Of a DNA stretch of 64,000 nt, positions 55,234 to 64,000 are shown one piece after another; position 1 is the first letter of the stretch; every line of letters starts with the position of its first letter. Below the pieces are notes generated by a model. The model worked only from the letters and a program-made list of their open reading frames with translations, did not search any database and was not told the DNA's origin. The stretch comes from an uncultured Candidatus Saccharibacteria bacterium (GTDB taxonomy: Bacteria; Patescibacteriota; Doudnabacteria; UBA920). Made by a program: the position numbers and the translations under genes. Location of the stretch: the NCBI GenBank assembly GCA_964453265.1, contig CAYVNU010000002.1, positions 40,619 through 104,618 on the forward strand, read 5' to 3'.

Positions 55234-56874
55234 TCACTTATTCACTTTTTTTTCTACCAAAATTTCAATTCTTTGACTTATTAATGGAAGATTTTTTTGC
55301 CAAGTTGGAGCCAAAGTAATTTCTATTGCGTCAATTTCTGCTTTTGACTTTAAAACTTCACTTGCCTGGTTTTGACTTTTCCCTTTTATTTGATTTGCAA
55401 AACTATCCGGATTTATGTTGTAAAAAGCAAAACCTTCAAAATGCGCCTGAATTGTTGCTGATTCTGAAGCTAAATCTATTGTTTTTAACTTAAATGATAG
55501 TTGAGAATCATCAAAATTAATTGTTTTGTTACCCAAAATAGTTTGTTTTATTCTGGAATTAATTAAGTTTTCCATTTCAAGAGATTTAAAAGCAAGTGCG
55601 TTTACAGTTGCGCTTAAATTTGCATTAAAGCTAGGACTCTCAACCCCTGCAAGTTTATCGGGCACAAATATAATATTATCAAGAACATATGCTTTATCAA
55701 CAATAGCTAAATTTTGAGACTTAAGTTCGTCGTAAAATTTTGACAAGAGCATTTCGCCAAGTTGCTGCCTTGCATAGGACAAATCTTGCTCAGAAATAAC
55801 AGACAAATATCTAGAATTACCGCCCGAAATTGGGGTTTGTGTTTTTGCATATAAAAGCAAAGGCCTGCTACCAAAAATTTGATTACTTATTTCTATTCTA
55901 GTACCAGCCGGAATATTATAACTCTCACCACCCTGTTCCGAAATTATTTCGTAGGTCTCTGAGAGACTAATTTCATCTACTTCCTTTGTCTGAGCATTTT
56001 TATAAACTGTTGGTTTTATTGCAGTCGCGTCTTTTACCAATAAGTAATTACGATTACCTAAAGAAAAACTAGTTGTACTAGCTTTTAAATTTATAGGCAG
56101 CTTTGTAAAGTTATAAATTCTAACTAAGCCCGAGGATTTACTCCCCACTTCTCGCTTTCCTTGAGTAGAAAATTTACCAGAAACCTCGACTTTACTGGAA
56201 ATCTTATTAGCCGGCAAAAGCAATCTATTTACGTCAGGTACTTGATTTTGTGTTGATATGGCGACTTCAATGTCTCTAGTTACTGGCTCAGCTTTCGCAT
56301 AAAGTACAATTTTAGCTTTCGGAAGAACTAAAAAAACCAAGACCAAAACGAAAGCCAAACATACTGCCAATAAACTATAAATAATTTTTTGATTAAAGTT
56401 TACTTTTTTACTCGCTTTATAAACTTCTTCTGCTTCTTTAGGAAAAATTACATCGTTAACTTCGACTTGTGGCAATGTCTGGCTAATTTGAGTTTGAACT
56501 GTTTTTACTTTATTAACCGGAGCGGGTTTGGAAATATTTTGTTGTTTATCTGCTTCATGAATAATTTGAGGCAGTGTAACATTTTTTTTAACAACATCAG
56601 AAAATCCGCCTGATTTTTTTACTTGTGGTAAAAATTTCAAACTAAACCCGGCTTCTCTGGCATACATTTGCCCCCGTTCATCCATGGTTAAAATAAAAAC
56701 TTCTCTGCCTAACAAATCAGTCTGTTTTTTTAACAACCTTAAGTTAATGCTGTCGTTAAATAAAAAACATCTTTTTGGACAAACCAAAACCAAGCTAGAA
56801 TTTTTTTCTTTTTTTATTCTAGCTATGACTTTAGGGACATCATCTTCAAGATTAATGTAGATGGAAGGGATCAT
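55234..56874 (-). CDS. Hypothetical single-pass membrane protein (546 aa)
   Basis: A cytoplasmic N-domain of about 150 aa, one TM helix (IIYSLLAVCLAFVLVLVFLVL), and a large C-terminal extracytoplasmic domain. Confidence 0.6.
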   Translation of the reverse strand: MIPSIYINLEDDVPKVIARIKKEKNSSLVLVCPKRCFLFNDSINLRLLKKQTDLLGREVFILTMDERGQMYAREAGFSLKFLPQVKKSGGFSDVVKKNVTLPQIIHEADKQQNISKPAPVNKVKTVQTQISQTLPQVEVNDVIFPKEAEEVYKASKKVNFNQKIIYSLLAVCLAFVLVLVFLVLPKAKIVLYAKAEPVTRDIEVAISTQNQVPDVNRLLLPANKISSKVEVSGKFSTQGKREVGSKSSGLVRIYNFTKLPINLKASTTSFSLGNRNYLLVKDATAIKPTVYKNAQTKEVDEISLSETYEIISEQGGESYNIPAGTRIEISNQIFGSRPLLLYAKTQTPISGGNSRYLSVISEQDLSYARQQLGEMLLSKFYDELKSQNLAIVDKAYVLDNIIFVPDKLAGVESPSFNANLSATVNALAFKSLEMENLINSRIKQTILGNKTINFDDSQLSFKLKTIDLASESATIQAHFEGFAFYNINPDSFANQIKGKSQNQASEVLKSKAEIDAIEITLAPTWQKNLPLISQRIEILVEKKVNK

Positions 56875-57020
56875 AAGGTAATAGTATTGGAAAAGTTAAT
56901 GTGAATCAAGGGTTGCAAATTAACCTAATTATTTTAATTGACCTAATTTCCAAATAAATCCCAATGGCTAAAAGCAACACTAGTAATTAGAAATTTTCAA
57001 TCTCGATAAAACCACTAAAT

Positions 57021-58190
57021 CTACAACAACCCTTTATACTGCAGTCTTTTTGTAAAGCTTATTTTTTTACTATTTTCCACTTCCGGCTGATCAAATGGGT
57101 CAACATTTCTAAGAAGTGATGAGTAAACCGCAAACAGCTGCCAAAACGCGTTAAAGGCTCCAATTTCTTCGGCTGAAAAACTAGTTAGCAATAAATGAAC
57201 CGCTGGGATTGACCGTATTCTAGAGTCCTCTATATTTGCCTCGGCCTCAGCTAACAAAGCAGCTTCTAAGGGAATTTTGTCTATATCATGTAAGTGATGA
57301 TTTTTAAGCTGTACGCTTTGAATTTGTGTTGGGTAACTATTTGTAGTTGGGTGAGTAAAATTGTCTACTGTTACAAAAAAACCGGCAATATTTTTTTGTC
57401 CACCATAGTAACGCTGCATAGTATGATGTTGCACTTCCGGTCCCTCATGCGCAAAATAACTTTGGCCTTTGCCATTTTTTCCAAAACTTTCATGGCACAG
57501 TTGGACAATACCGTAGCTAGACGGAAACAAAAAATGAGAATAAAAAAGTATTAAAACATCGGCAACGCCTTTTTGTTCAAGTTGGTTAAATACTGAAGCG
57601 GCCTTCCAAGCTAAGTTGTCTTTTTCATATTGTTTATAAAAAAACTGTCCCCCGTGCCACAAAGCCTCCACATCAATTCCGGCAATTGCGGCGCCGAGCA
57701 AATTAACTTCCGTCAAGCCAGTGTACCTACCGCCAATAGCCGGGTGTTCTAAAACTTGCCATTTCATTTTTTCGGCTATTGTTCGAAGCGGACTTTTTTT
57801 ACCAGTAACCACTAACATTGGGTATTCAGAAAAAGGCATAGTTTCTTCCAGCTGCGTAGTGTTTTCACCGGACTTACTAATAGATATAACTAGAGTATCG
57901 ACAACGGAAAGTTCTTGTTTAAGTTCAAAAATATAGTCAGGGTCAACAGTATTTAAAAAGTAGACATTTTTTTTCGCCTGATATTTTAGAGCGTTGTAAA
58001 TTCCATACAAAGGATTAATACTGCCCCCGTGAGCAATAATTAGTATATTTTGGTATTTTTGATTTTCTTCTGCTAACTTTTTTAACAACTCAAAATCCGG
58101 TTTGTAATTTACAAACAAAGGTTTTTCTTTAGGCAATATTTTCGCGCTAAACTCTTCAGGTTTAGGGCAATTGTAGAATTCGAGATTCAT
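57021..58190 (-). CDS. pgi: Glucose-6-phosphate isomerase (SIS-domain, bifunctional PGI/PMI-like)
   Basis: SKSGENTTQ (the SKSGNT(T/A)E SIS signature) and a length of 389 aa. Confidence 0.75.
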   Translation of the reverse strand: MNLEFYNCPKPEEFSAKILPKEKPLFVNYKPDFELLKKLAEENQKYQNILIIAHGGSINPLYGIYNALKYQAKKNVYFLNTVDPDYIFELKQELSVVDTLVISISKSGENTTQLEETMPFSEYPMLVVTGKKSPLRTIAEKMKWQVLEHPAIGGRYTGLTEVNLLGAAIAGIDVEALWHGGQFFYKQYEKDNLAWKAASVFNQLEQKGVADVLILFYSHFLFPSSYGIVQLCHESFGKNGKGQSYFAHEGPEVQHHTMQRYYGGQKNIAGFFVTVDNFTHPTTNSYPTQIQSVQLKNHHLHDIDKIPLEAALLAEAEANIEDSRIRSIPAVHLLLTSFSAEEIGAFNAFWQLFAVYSSLLRNVDPFDQPEVENSKKISFTKRLQYKGLL

Positions 58191-58203
58191 TTGTTTTTTT
58201 ATT

Positions 58204-58225
58204 CCTCTCCTTTTTAAAGGAGAGG
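58204..58225. other. SD-containing hairpin cctctccttttt/aaaggagagg between the DUF559 stop and the pgi start
   Basis: Perfect 9-bp stem that includes AAGGAGAGG. Confidence 0.4.
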
Positions 58226-58235
58226 TTAGGTGAGG

Positions 58236-58612
58236 TTATTTTGAAAATTCTTCTGATATTAATTTTTTCATAATTACTTGTAAAACCCCGTCAATATTTT
58301 CCATAACGTCTTTATTTGTAAATCGCAAAACTTTAAAATTTAATTCTTCAATATAACCCTGTCTCTGTTTATCTTTAACTACAACTTCTGAGCCTACATA
58401 ATGACTATCACCATCAACTTCTATAACTAATTTTTTTCAGTGCAACAAAAGTCTACAGAATAAGGTCCGATGCCGTATTGGCGACGAAATTTAAAACCTA
58501 ACAATTGGCGATTTCTTAGTTTTGACCAAAGAAGCCTTTCCGTAACAGGTTCGTCTTTTCTTAGTTTTCTTCTTATTTCTAAAGTGTCGGTAGGGTTATA
58601 AATATAAGCCAT
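58236..58612 (-). pseudogene. DUF559 (Vsr-like PD-(D/E)xK endonuclease domain) gene disrupted by a 1-nt frameshift in an A7/T7 homopolymer near 58430
   Basis: Frame 1 reads MAYIYNPTDTLEIRRKLRKDEPVTERLLWSKLRNRQLLGFKFRRQYGIGPYSVDFCCTEKN*. Adding one A gives ...TEKKLVIEVDGDSHYVGSEVVVKDKQRQGYIEELNFKVLRFTNKDVMENIDGVLQVIMKKLISEEFSK*, which is the canonical DUF559 VIE(V/L)DG core. Confidence 0.75.
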
Positions 58613-58665
58613 AATAACCTCCCTTAATCCCTCCTTTAAAAGGAGGGAAATAGACCCAGAACTAA

Positions 58666-60594
58666 CTACTTAATCACCGCTTTTATTCTGCGCACACCAG
58701 CGCTACTAGCTTCTTCTTTTTGTATTTTAAAAGTGCCAATCACTCCGGTATGTTCAACGTGTGGGCCGCCGCAAAATTCTCTTGAAACAACCTCGCCTGA
58801 TGATTCATCATAAACCGTATAAATAGACACAGTATCTGCATACTTTTCGCCGAACACGCCAATAGCGCCTAGACTTCTTGCTTCTTCTAAGCTCATAGTT
58901 TCGCGCTTTACTTTCAAATCACTAGCTATCCAGTCGTTAACTAAAGCTTCCACTGCGGCAATTTCTTCCGGGGTCATTTTTTTGTCATGAGTAAAATCAA
59001 ACCTAGTTCTTTCTTCTGTTATATTACTCCCCTTTTGCCACACGTTGTCACCTAAAACCTGACGCAGCGCTGCATTCATAAGGTGAGTTGCTGTATGAAG
59101 GCGCACGATTTTGTCTGAATGTGATGCCAAACCGCCTTTAAATTGCCCAGCACTAGCTGTGCGTGATAGCTCCTGATGTTTTTTAAATTCTGTTTCAAAT
59201 TCTTTATGATCAATTTTTTGCCCCATACTTTCGGCTAACTCTTTGGTTAATTCCCAAGGGAAGCCATATGTTTGATACAAATCAAAAGCATCTTTACCCG
59301 ATATTCGGGTCATTTGCCTGCCTACCGGCAAGGCAGAGACATTATTCGCAGATTCAGATCCCGACATTAGTTTTTCAAACTCTTTCAAGCCCTTGTCTAA
59401 AGTTGTTTCAAATTTTTTTTGCTCTTCTAGAATTACAGCGAAAATTTGTTCGGAATTTTCTACAAGTTCCGGGTAAGACTGGGCGTAAATAGCAATAACT
59501 TTACCAACCAAAGCTTCTAGCCAATGTCCTTGAAAATTAAGTAGCTTGGCCATAACCATTGTCCTTCTAAGCAGTCTTCGCAAAAAATACCCACGGTCTT
59601 TGTTAGAAGGCGCAACACCGTCGCTCACCATAAAAGTACCTGCTCTTATGTGGTCAGCTATAATTCTAACTTTTTTTACTTCATCACCCGAAAGTATTTC
59701 ATTACCTCTGCCTAAAGACTCGTACATTACGTCAAACAAAGGTTTAAAAACATCTGTATCAAAAACCGCCTGCTGTCCAACTGCAGCCGCCAAAATTCTT
59801 TCAAGCCCTCCACCAAAATCCACATTTTGTTGTTTTAACTTTTCAAACCCATTTTCAGTTTTAACGTATTCCATAAATACGTTATTGCCAATTTCCACAA
59901 ACCTACCACAGTCGCAATTAACATGACAAACGCTATTTTTAAATTCCGATTTTTCATGAATTTGCAAATGCGCCCCGTAGTCCCAAAACATTTCACTGTC
60001 CGGGCCACCGGGTTCGCCTACCGGCATATTTTTTGTAACACCCGCTCTTGACCACCAATTTTTTTCTTCAGGATAATAAAAAATCCTACCGCCCTGCATT
60101 CCATCACGCTCAGGAAAATCAATGATGCGCGAATCAATCCCTTTTGCTTCAAACAAGCCCTGCCAAATTTTGGCTGACTCATCATCTCGCGGGATTTTTA
60201 TGTCTTCTTTTCCCCTAAAAACAGTAACGTACAAATTTTTTGGATCAAGCCCCACTTCTTTGGTTAAGAACTCAAACATCCAGGGAATTTGTTCTTTTTT
60301 AAAGTAGTCACCTAAAGACCAATTGCCGAGCATTTCAAAAAACGTGATATGACGATTATCGCCAACTTCTTCTATATCTTGAGAACGAAAGCATTTTTGT
60401 GAATCTACAATTCTTGTACCTTTGGGGTGCTCCGCGCCAAGTAAGTAAGGTACCATAGGCTGCATTCCACTTCCCGTAAAAAGTGTTGTTGCATCATTCT
60501 CCGGCACCAAAGATGCCGAAGGGATAATGGTGTGTCCTTTGGATTTAAAAAATTCAAGATATTTAGAACGTAGTTCTTGTGCGGTAATTTTCAT
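58666..60594 (-). CDS. alaS: Alanine--tRNA ligase, short form lacking the C-terminal C-Ala domain
   Basis: Class II core (FTGSGMQP, HxxxH editing motif HTATHLMNAALRQVLG). 642 aa, against about 870 in canonical AlaRS. Confidence 0.9.
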   Translation of the reverse strand: MKITAQELRSKYLEFFKSKGHTIIPSASLVPENDATTLFTGSGMQPMVPYLLGAEHPKGTRIVDSQKCFRSQDIEEVGDNRHITFFEMLGNWSLGDYFKKEQIPWMFEFLTKEVGLDPKNLYVTVFRGKEDIKIPRDDESAKIWQGLFEAKGIDSRIIDFPERDGMQGGRIFYYPEEKNWWSRAGVTKNMPVGEPGGPDSEMFWDYGAHLQIHEKSEFKNSVCHVNCDCGRFVEIGNNVFMEYVKTENGFEKLKQQNVDFGGGLERILAAAVGQQAVFDTDVFKPLFDVMYESLGRGNEILSGDEVKKVRIIADHIRAGTFMVSDGVAPSNKDRGYFLRRLLRRTMVMAKLLNFQGHWLEALVGKVIAIYAQSYPELVENSEQIFAVILEEQKKFETTLDKGLKEFEKLMSGSESANNVSALPVGRQMTRISGKDAFDLYQTYGFPWELTKELAESMGQKIDHKEFETEFKKHQELSRTASAGQFKGGLASHSDKIVRLHTATHLMNAALRQVLGDNVWQKGSNITEERTRFDFTHDKKMTPEEIAAVEALVNDWIASDLKVKRETMSLEEARSLGAIGVFGEKYADTVSIYTVYDESSGEVVSREFCGGPHVEHTGVIGTFKIQKEEASSAGVRRIKAVIK

Positions 60595-60670
60595 ATGAGT
60601 AAGTAGTGGGTAGCGAATAGTAGGTAGCCAAACTTGTATGGCTAGATTACTACTTACTACCTACTATTAG

Positions 60671-61918
60671 CTATCTAACTATTTCTTCTAACGCTTTTTC
60701 CATTTGAGCGTCTTTGTTATTTTTAGCGTCTTCTTCTGTAATGGAAACTTTTACATCCGGTTCAAGTCCGTCTTTATTTAAATTCTTACCGTTTGGAGTT
60801 ATCCATTTGGCAATAGTTACTTTAACCGCGCTACCGTCTCTTAAATCTACCAATTCTTGCACACTGCCTTTACCAAAAGATTTTTCTCCGACTAATTTTG
60901 CAATTTTATAATCATGCAAAGCTCCGGATAAAATTTCCGCTGCCGAAGCACTGCCGCCGTTTATTAAAACTACAGTTGGCATATTCGCAAAACGGCTGGC
61001 TCCTTCTGCTTTGTAAACGGTGTTTTCGCCCGTGCTTTTTGCTTCAGTTACTACAGTCGTGCCACTCTTAAGCCAGTTAGAAGCCACAGCCACAGCAGTT
61101 TGCAAATAACCGCCCGGGTCATTGCGCAAATCTAAAACCAAACCTTCCGCGTTGTGGTTTAAAGCCTCGGTAACTGCCTGGTTAAAAAGCCCTTCTGTGT
61201 CATCGCCGAACTTAGACAGTGTAATAACCGCAATATTTTTTTTCTTACCATCTTTTTCAACAGTCTTAAATTCCCACTTTACACTTTTAACTTTTATAAC
61301 ATCTCGGATAATTTTTACATCAAAAGGCTTGTCTTTACCTTTTCTATAAATAGTCAAATTAACCGGAGTGCCTTTTTGACCGCGAATTTTTCCCACGGTT
61401 TCTTCCACTGACCAATTCTCGGTAGATTGCCCATCTACTTTAACAATAATGTCCTGAGCTTTTAACCCGGCTTTTTGCGCCGGACTTTCATCTAATGGAG
61501 CCACAATCACAATTAAACCGTCTTTTTTAGAAATTTCAGCGCCAATACCGTCAAAGCTGCCTTTTAAATCGGTTTTAAAGCTTTGCAAAGCTTTAGGTTC
61601 AAAAAAATCCGTGTAAGGGTCACCGGTAGATGCTACTGCGCCGCGAATCGCCCCGTATAAAACTTTTTGAGGGTTAACTGGCTTATCTATATATTTGGTG
61701 TCTAAAATATTTATGGCATCCCATAGTAAATTGTAGTCAACAACTTTAGGCTGATCTTGCTTGCTAATTACCTTAAAAGTTTTTGGTTCAAAAACCAAAC
61801 CTTTTTTCCCGGCTGCAAAACCCACTCTGTAGCTAATAGCCAATAAAGCAATAAAAAGTACAGCTATTCCGATTTTTTTCTGATTTTTCTTTGCAATTTC
61901 CTGATAATTTGTTTCCAT
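60671..61918 (-). CDS. ctpA: Carboxyl-terminal processing protease (S41 family, CtpA-like)
   Basis: N-terminal TM helix, a PDZ domain, and the S41 catalytic region GGSASAAEILSGAL. Confidence 0.85.
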   Translation of the reverse strand: METNYQEIAKKNQKKIGIAVLFIALLAISYRVGFAAGKKGLVFEPKTFKVISKQDQPKVVDYNLLWDAINILDTKYIDKPVNPQKVLYGAIRGAVASTGDPYTDFFEPKALQSFKTDLKGSFDGIGAEISKKDGLIVIVAPLDESPAQKAGLKAQDIIVKVDGQSTENWSVEETVGKIRGQKGTPVNLTIYRKGKDKPFDVKIIRDVIKVKSVKWEFKTVEKDGKKKNIAVITLSKFGDDTEGLFNQAVTEALNHNAEGLVLDLRNDPGGYLQTAVAVASNWLKSGTTVVTEAKSTGENTVYKAEGASRFANMPTVVLINGGSASAAEILSGALHDYKIAKLVGEKSFGKGSVQELVDLRDGSAVKVTIAKWITPNGKNLNKDGLEPDVKVSITEEDAKNNKDAQMEKALEEIVR

Positions 61919-61997
61919 ATTAAAAAATAGTTTATGAGGTAATATTTAATAATTTGAGCTTAGATTTTATTTAAACAAAAATAACTAGTATTTCAAT

Positions 61998-62036
61998 CGT
62001 CATTGCGAGAAGTGCATCCGCCGAAGCAATCTATAT
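61998..62036. repeat. Dispersed GC-rich repeat, copy R5 (cgtcattgcgagaagtgcatccgccgaagcaatctatat)
   Basis: Shares both end motifs with R2 and contains ccgccgaagc, the reverse complement of the R1/R4 core. Confidence 0.45.
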
Positions 62037-62151
62037 AGTTATCAGATTGCCCCATCATGTATACCCTATCTAAGACTAATAGTGATAATATAATCGCCAG
62101 AAGTTTGATAATTAAGTAAATTATACCAGGTTTTTTTAGCAATACCAAATT

Positions 62152-63111
62152 TTAAACCTGTTTGCTCACTACCGGATTTTTTTTAAAAAAGTTTATAACT
62201 ACCAATAAAAACAGCCTAAAATATATCCCCAAAAACACCAACCAGTTTAAAACAAACAAATATTTCTGGGCGTAATGTTTTTTATAAAAAATCCACATAG
62301 CCTCATGAAACCACTTTAAGGCTTTAAAAGGCGTCTTGCGCGACGAAGAACCTTTGTAGTGTGTGATAGATGTCTTTGGATAATACCAAACCTTGTACCC
62401 CGCCTCTTTAACACGCCAGCATAAATCTAAGTCCTCGCCGTACATAAAAAAGTCCTCGTCAAACAACCATGATCTCGTCTCCTTTACATTTTGCATTTTG
62501 AATTCTGAATTCCTCATTAACATAAACGCTCCCATGCAAGCATCAATTTCCTGAGACGCATTTTCGTCTGTGTCTAGCATATTATAATTAGCATTCGATA
62601 TTTTAAGTAGACGTAATAAACTATTCCAAGGGTTTGGAAATCTACGACGACAAGCTAAATCTAATTTGCCGTTCGGCAGCATTACTTTACAAGTACTAAT
62701 TCCAATTTCCCCGTGCTCTTCCATAAACTCATGCATAGTTTTAAGCGTATCTTTTTCAAGTTTAGTGTCCGGGTTTAAAATAAGTAAATACTTTCCTTTA
62801 GCTTCTTTGATTCCTAAATTATTTCCACAAGCAAAACCGTTATTTGAATTAAAAATCACTTTACAAAGTTCACGGCCGTGAACTTTGTAAAGTTCGGTTA
62901 TATAATCTTTTAACCATTTTTCTGTACCGTCGGTTGAACCATTATCAACTATAATTATTTCAGTTTTGTAGCGTGCTGATTTATCGGTCTCCTGATTGCC
63001 CATAAATGGGCGCGCTACAATATCAATTCCCTCACTCCCAAAAACACTCGGCAAAAGCCGCTCTAAGTCGTTTTTGGAATTATATGAAAGAATAATTATT
63101 GAAATATCCAT
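62152..63111 (-). CDS. Glycosyltransferase family 2
   Basis: ILSYNSKNDL...VDNGSTDGT N-terminal GT-A motifs, and a C-terminal TM helix. Confidence 0.8.
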   Translation of the reverse strand: MDISIIILSYNSKNDLERLLPSVFGSEGIDIVARPFMGNQETDKSARYKTEIIIVDNGSTDGTEKWLKDYITELYKVHGRELCKVIFNSNNGFACGNNLGIKEAKGKYLLILNPDTKLEKDTLKTMHEFMEEHGEIGISTCKVMLPNGKLDLACRRRFPNPWNSLLRLLKISNANYNMLDTDENASQEIDACMGAFMLMRNSEFKMQNVKETRSWLFDEDFFMYGEDLDLCWRVKEAGYKVWYYPKTSITHYKGSSSRKTPFKALKWFHEAMWIFYKKHYAQKYLFVLNWLVFLGIYFRLFLLVVINFFKKNPVVSKQV

Positions 63112-63115
63112 ATAA

Positions 63116-63838
63116 CTATTTTTTTAATAAAATTACTTGCCTGGAAAATTCCCCCCAATTCTTTTCTGTTTGAGTTGGTTTCCATACGCTCTGCAGTTCA
63201 AGACTTTTATCTCTTTTAAAACCCGCTTTTAAAGCCTCCTTAATCAAAAGTGTTTTAGATAAAAGAAAGAATGGCGGCGATACATTAACACCAGGTTTTG
63301 TGGTTCTTATATATTTAACCTGATCTTTATACTCTTTCATGCTTGAAACTAAATATTTATGCCAACCCCCATCTTCCCAACACGCAAAAAAAGGATAATT
63401 AAATCTTCCTTCCTCTGAGCATTTAGACGTAATAAGAATTTTACCATCAGGCTTTAAAACCCTAAAAGTTTCCAAAAATAACCCCTGTTTATTTGGCATA
63501 TGCTCAATCGCGTCTTTCAAATGGATAAAATCAAAACTTAAGTCATTATAAGGAAGCCTAGTGTAGTCGCCCAAAATAAAATTTCTATCAGTTTTAGGAT
63601 TTGCCAAATAAGCATCCGGTGAAATATCAAGTTCAAATACTTTTGCTTTTAACTTTTTCCTCATGTACTCAGCTTCGTTGCCTTTTCCGCTTGAAACATC
63701 TAAAACATTAGATTTTTCTTGTATTCCCAAAACATCCAAAACATTTTTTTCATAGCTATCAGAAGCTTCGGCGTCAGTATACGAATAACCTTTTTCTCCT
63801 TGTAAATAGTATAAAGTGGGATCCTTTTCTTTTAACAT
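63116..63838 (-). CDS. Class I SAM-dependent methyltransferase
   Basis: VLDVSSGKGNEA motif I and a Rossmann-like layout. Confidence 0.7.
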   Translation of the reverse strand: MLKEKDPTLYYLQGEKGYSYTDAEASDSYEKNVLDVLGIQEKSNVLDVSSGKGNEAEYMRKKLKAKVFELDISPDAYLANPKTDRNFILGDYTRLPYNDLSFDFIHLKDAIEHMPNKQGLFLETFRVLKPDGKILITSKCSEEGRFNYPFFACWEDGGWHKYLVSSMKEYKDQVKYIRTTKPGVNVSPPFFLLSKTLLIKEALKAGFKRDKSLELQSVWKPTQTEKNWGEFSRQVILLKK

Positions 63839-64000
63839 ATATCATTTAAAATACGTTGTTAAATAACATGGCCTGTAATTTTTACAATAACTAATAAACT
63901 ATTGACTTATATAAGTTATATATATATACTTTTTTCTGGTTTACAACCAGAAAGAGGCGAAAAAAGTATGATTTTGACTTGTACGGGATTGGACGCCAGT

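Noticed and set aside
1-64000. CRISPR arrays, tRNA genes and rRNA genes
   Set aside because: I scanned by eye for regularly spaced direct repeats and for T-loop GGTTCGAATCC-like motifs on both strands and found none. The TACGAA array is an inverted array, not a spaced one, and the GC-rich patches do not fit a cloverleaf.
63900-64000. Possible RNA gene at the extreme 3' edge (hairpin ctggtttacaaccagaa)
   Set aside because: It is too close to the window end to evaluate. It has only a single short hairpin and no conserved RNA motif.

Overview
The window is AT-rich and compact, and almost every gene lies on the minus strand. Most genes lack Shine-Dalgarno motifs, and several ribosomal proteins carry N-terminal extensions. 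From this I infer a small-genome bacterium, possibly Patescibacteria/CPR-like; that is inference only.

Housekeeping operons make up most of the window.
- Cell-wall (dcw-like) block, 6.8-16.7 kb: murJ, a DUF4012-like protein, ftsW, murD, a D-aminoacylase-like amidohydrolase, mraY and a DD-carboxypeptidase.
- Second cell-wall block, 35.7-47.2 kb: murB, murC, murG, with two patatin-like genes interleaved, followed by three GT4 glycosyltransferases and a polyprenyl-phosphate sugar transferase.
- Secretion genes: secA, secD and secF.
- Ribosomal block: rpsI, rplM, rplQ, rpoA, rpsD, rpsK, rpsM, rpmJ, infA.
- Other core genes: lepA, engB, cspA, trxA, pepN, rdgB, pgi, alaS, a CtpA-like S41 protease, hpf and a yerC-like regulator.

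RNA and structured elements:
- A type-A RNase P RNA (rnpB) at about 47376-47768, which the ORF track does not show.
- A roughly 350-nt GC-rich candidate ncRNA at 17340-17692. I could not assign it to a class.
- A hairpin-dense GC-rich block at 33.5-34.8 kb. It flanks an orphan ORF and carries short direct repeats and CTAG-type palindromes resembling TrpR-family operators.

Repeats, duplications and other oddities:
- A roughly 110-bp copy (~85% identical) of the murC 3' end lies 1.4 kb downstream of murC. The two copies bracket an insert of a patatin-like gene plus a small ParB-like gene.
- A dispersed GC-rich repeat family occurs at five sites. One copy sits in-frame inside murB.
- A 92-bp inverted array of TACGAA repeats lies between the sugar transferase and the first glycosyltransferase.
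- A DUF559 (Vsr-like) gene is broken by a 1-nt slip in a homopolymer.
- infA has no AUG, GUG or UUG start in frame.

Gene clusters worth a second look:
- A TraD/VirD4-like ATPase, a membrane protein and a protein with only sigma-70 region 4 appear to form an operon.
- Two tandem CYTH proteins sit with an RdgB ITPase and a YfbR-like HD hydrolase.

No CRISPR arrays, tRNA genes or rRNA genes were found.
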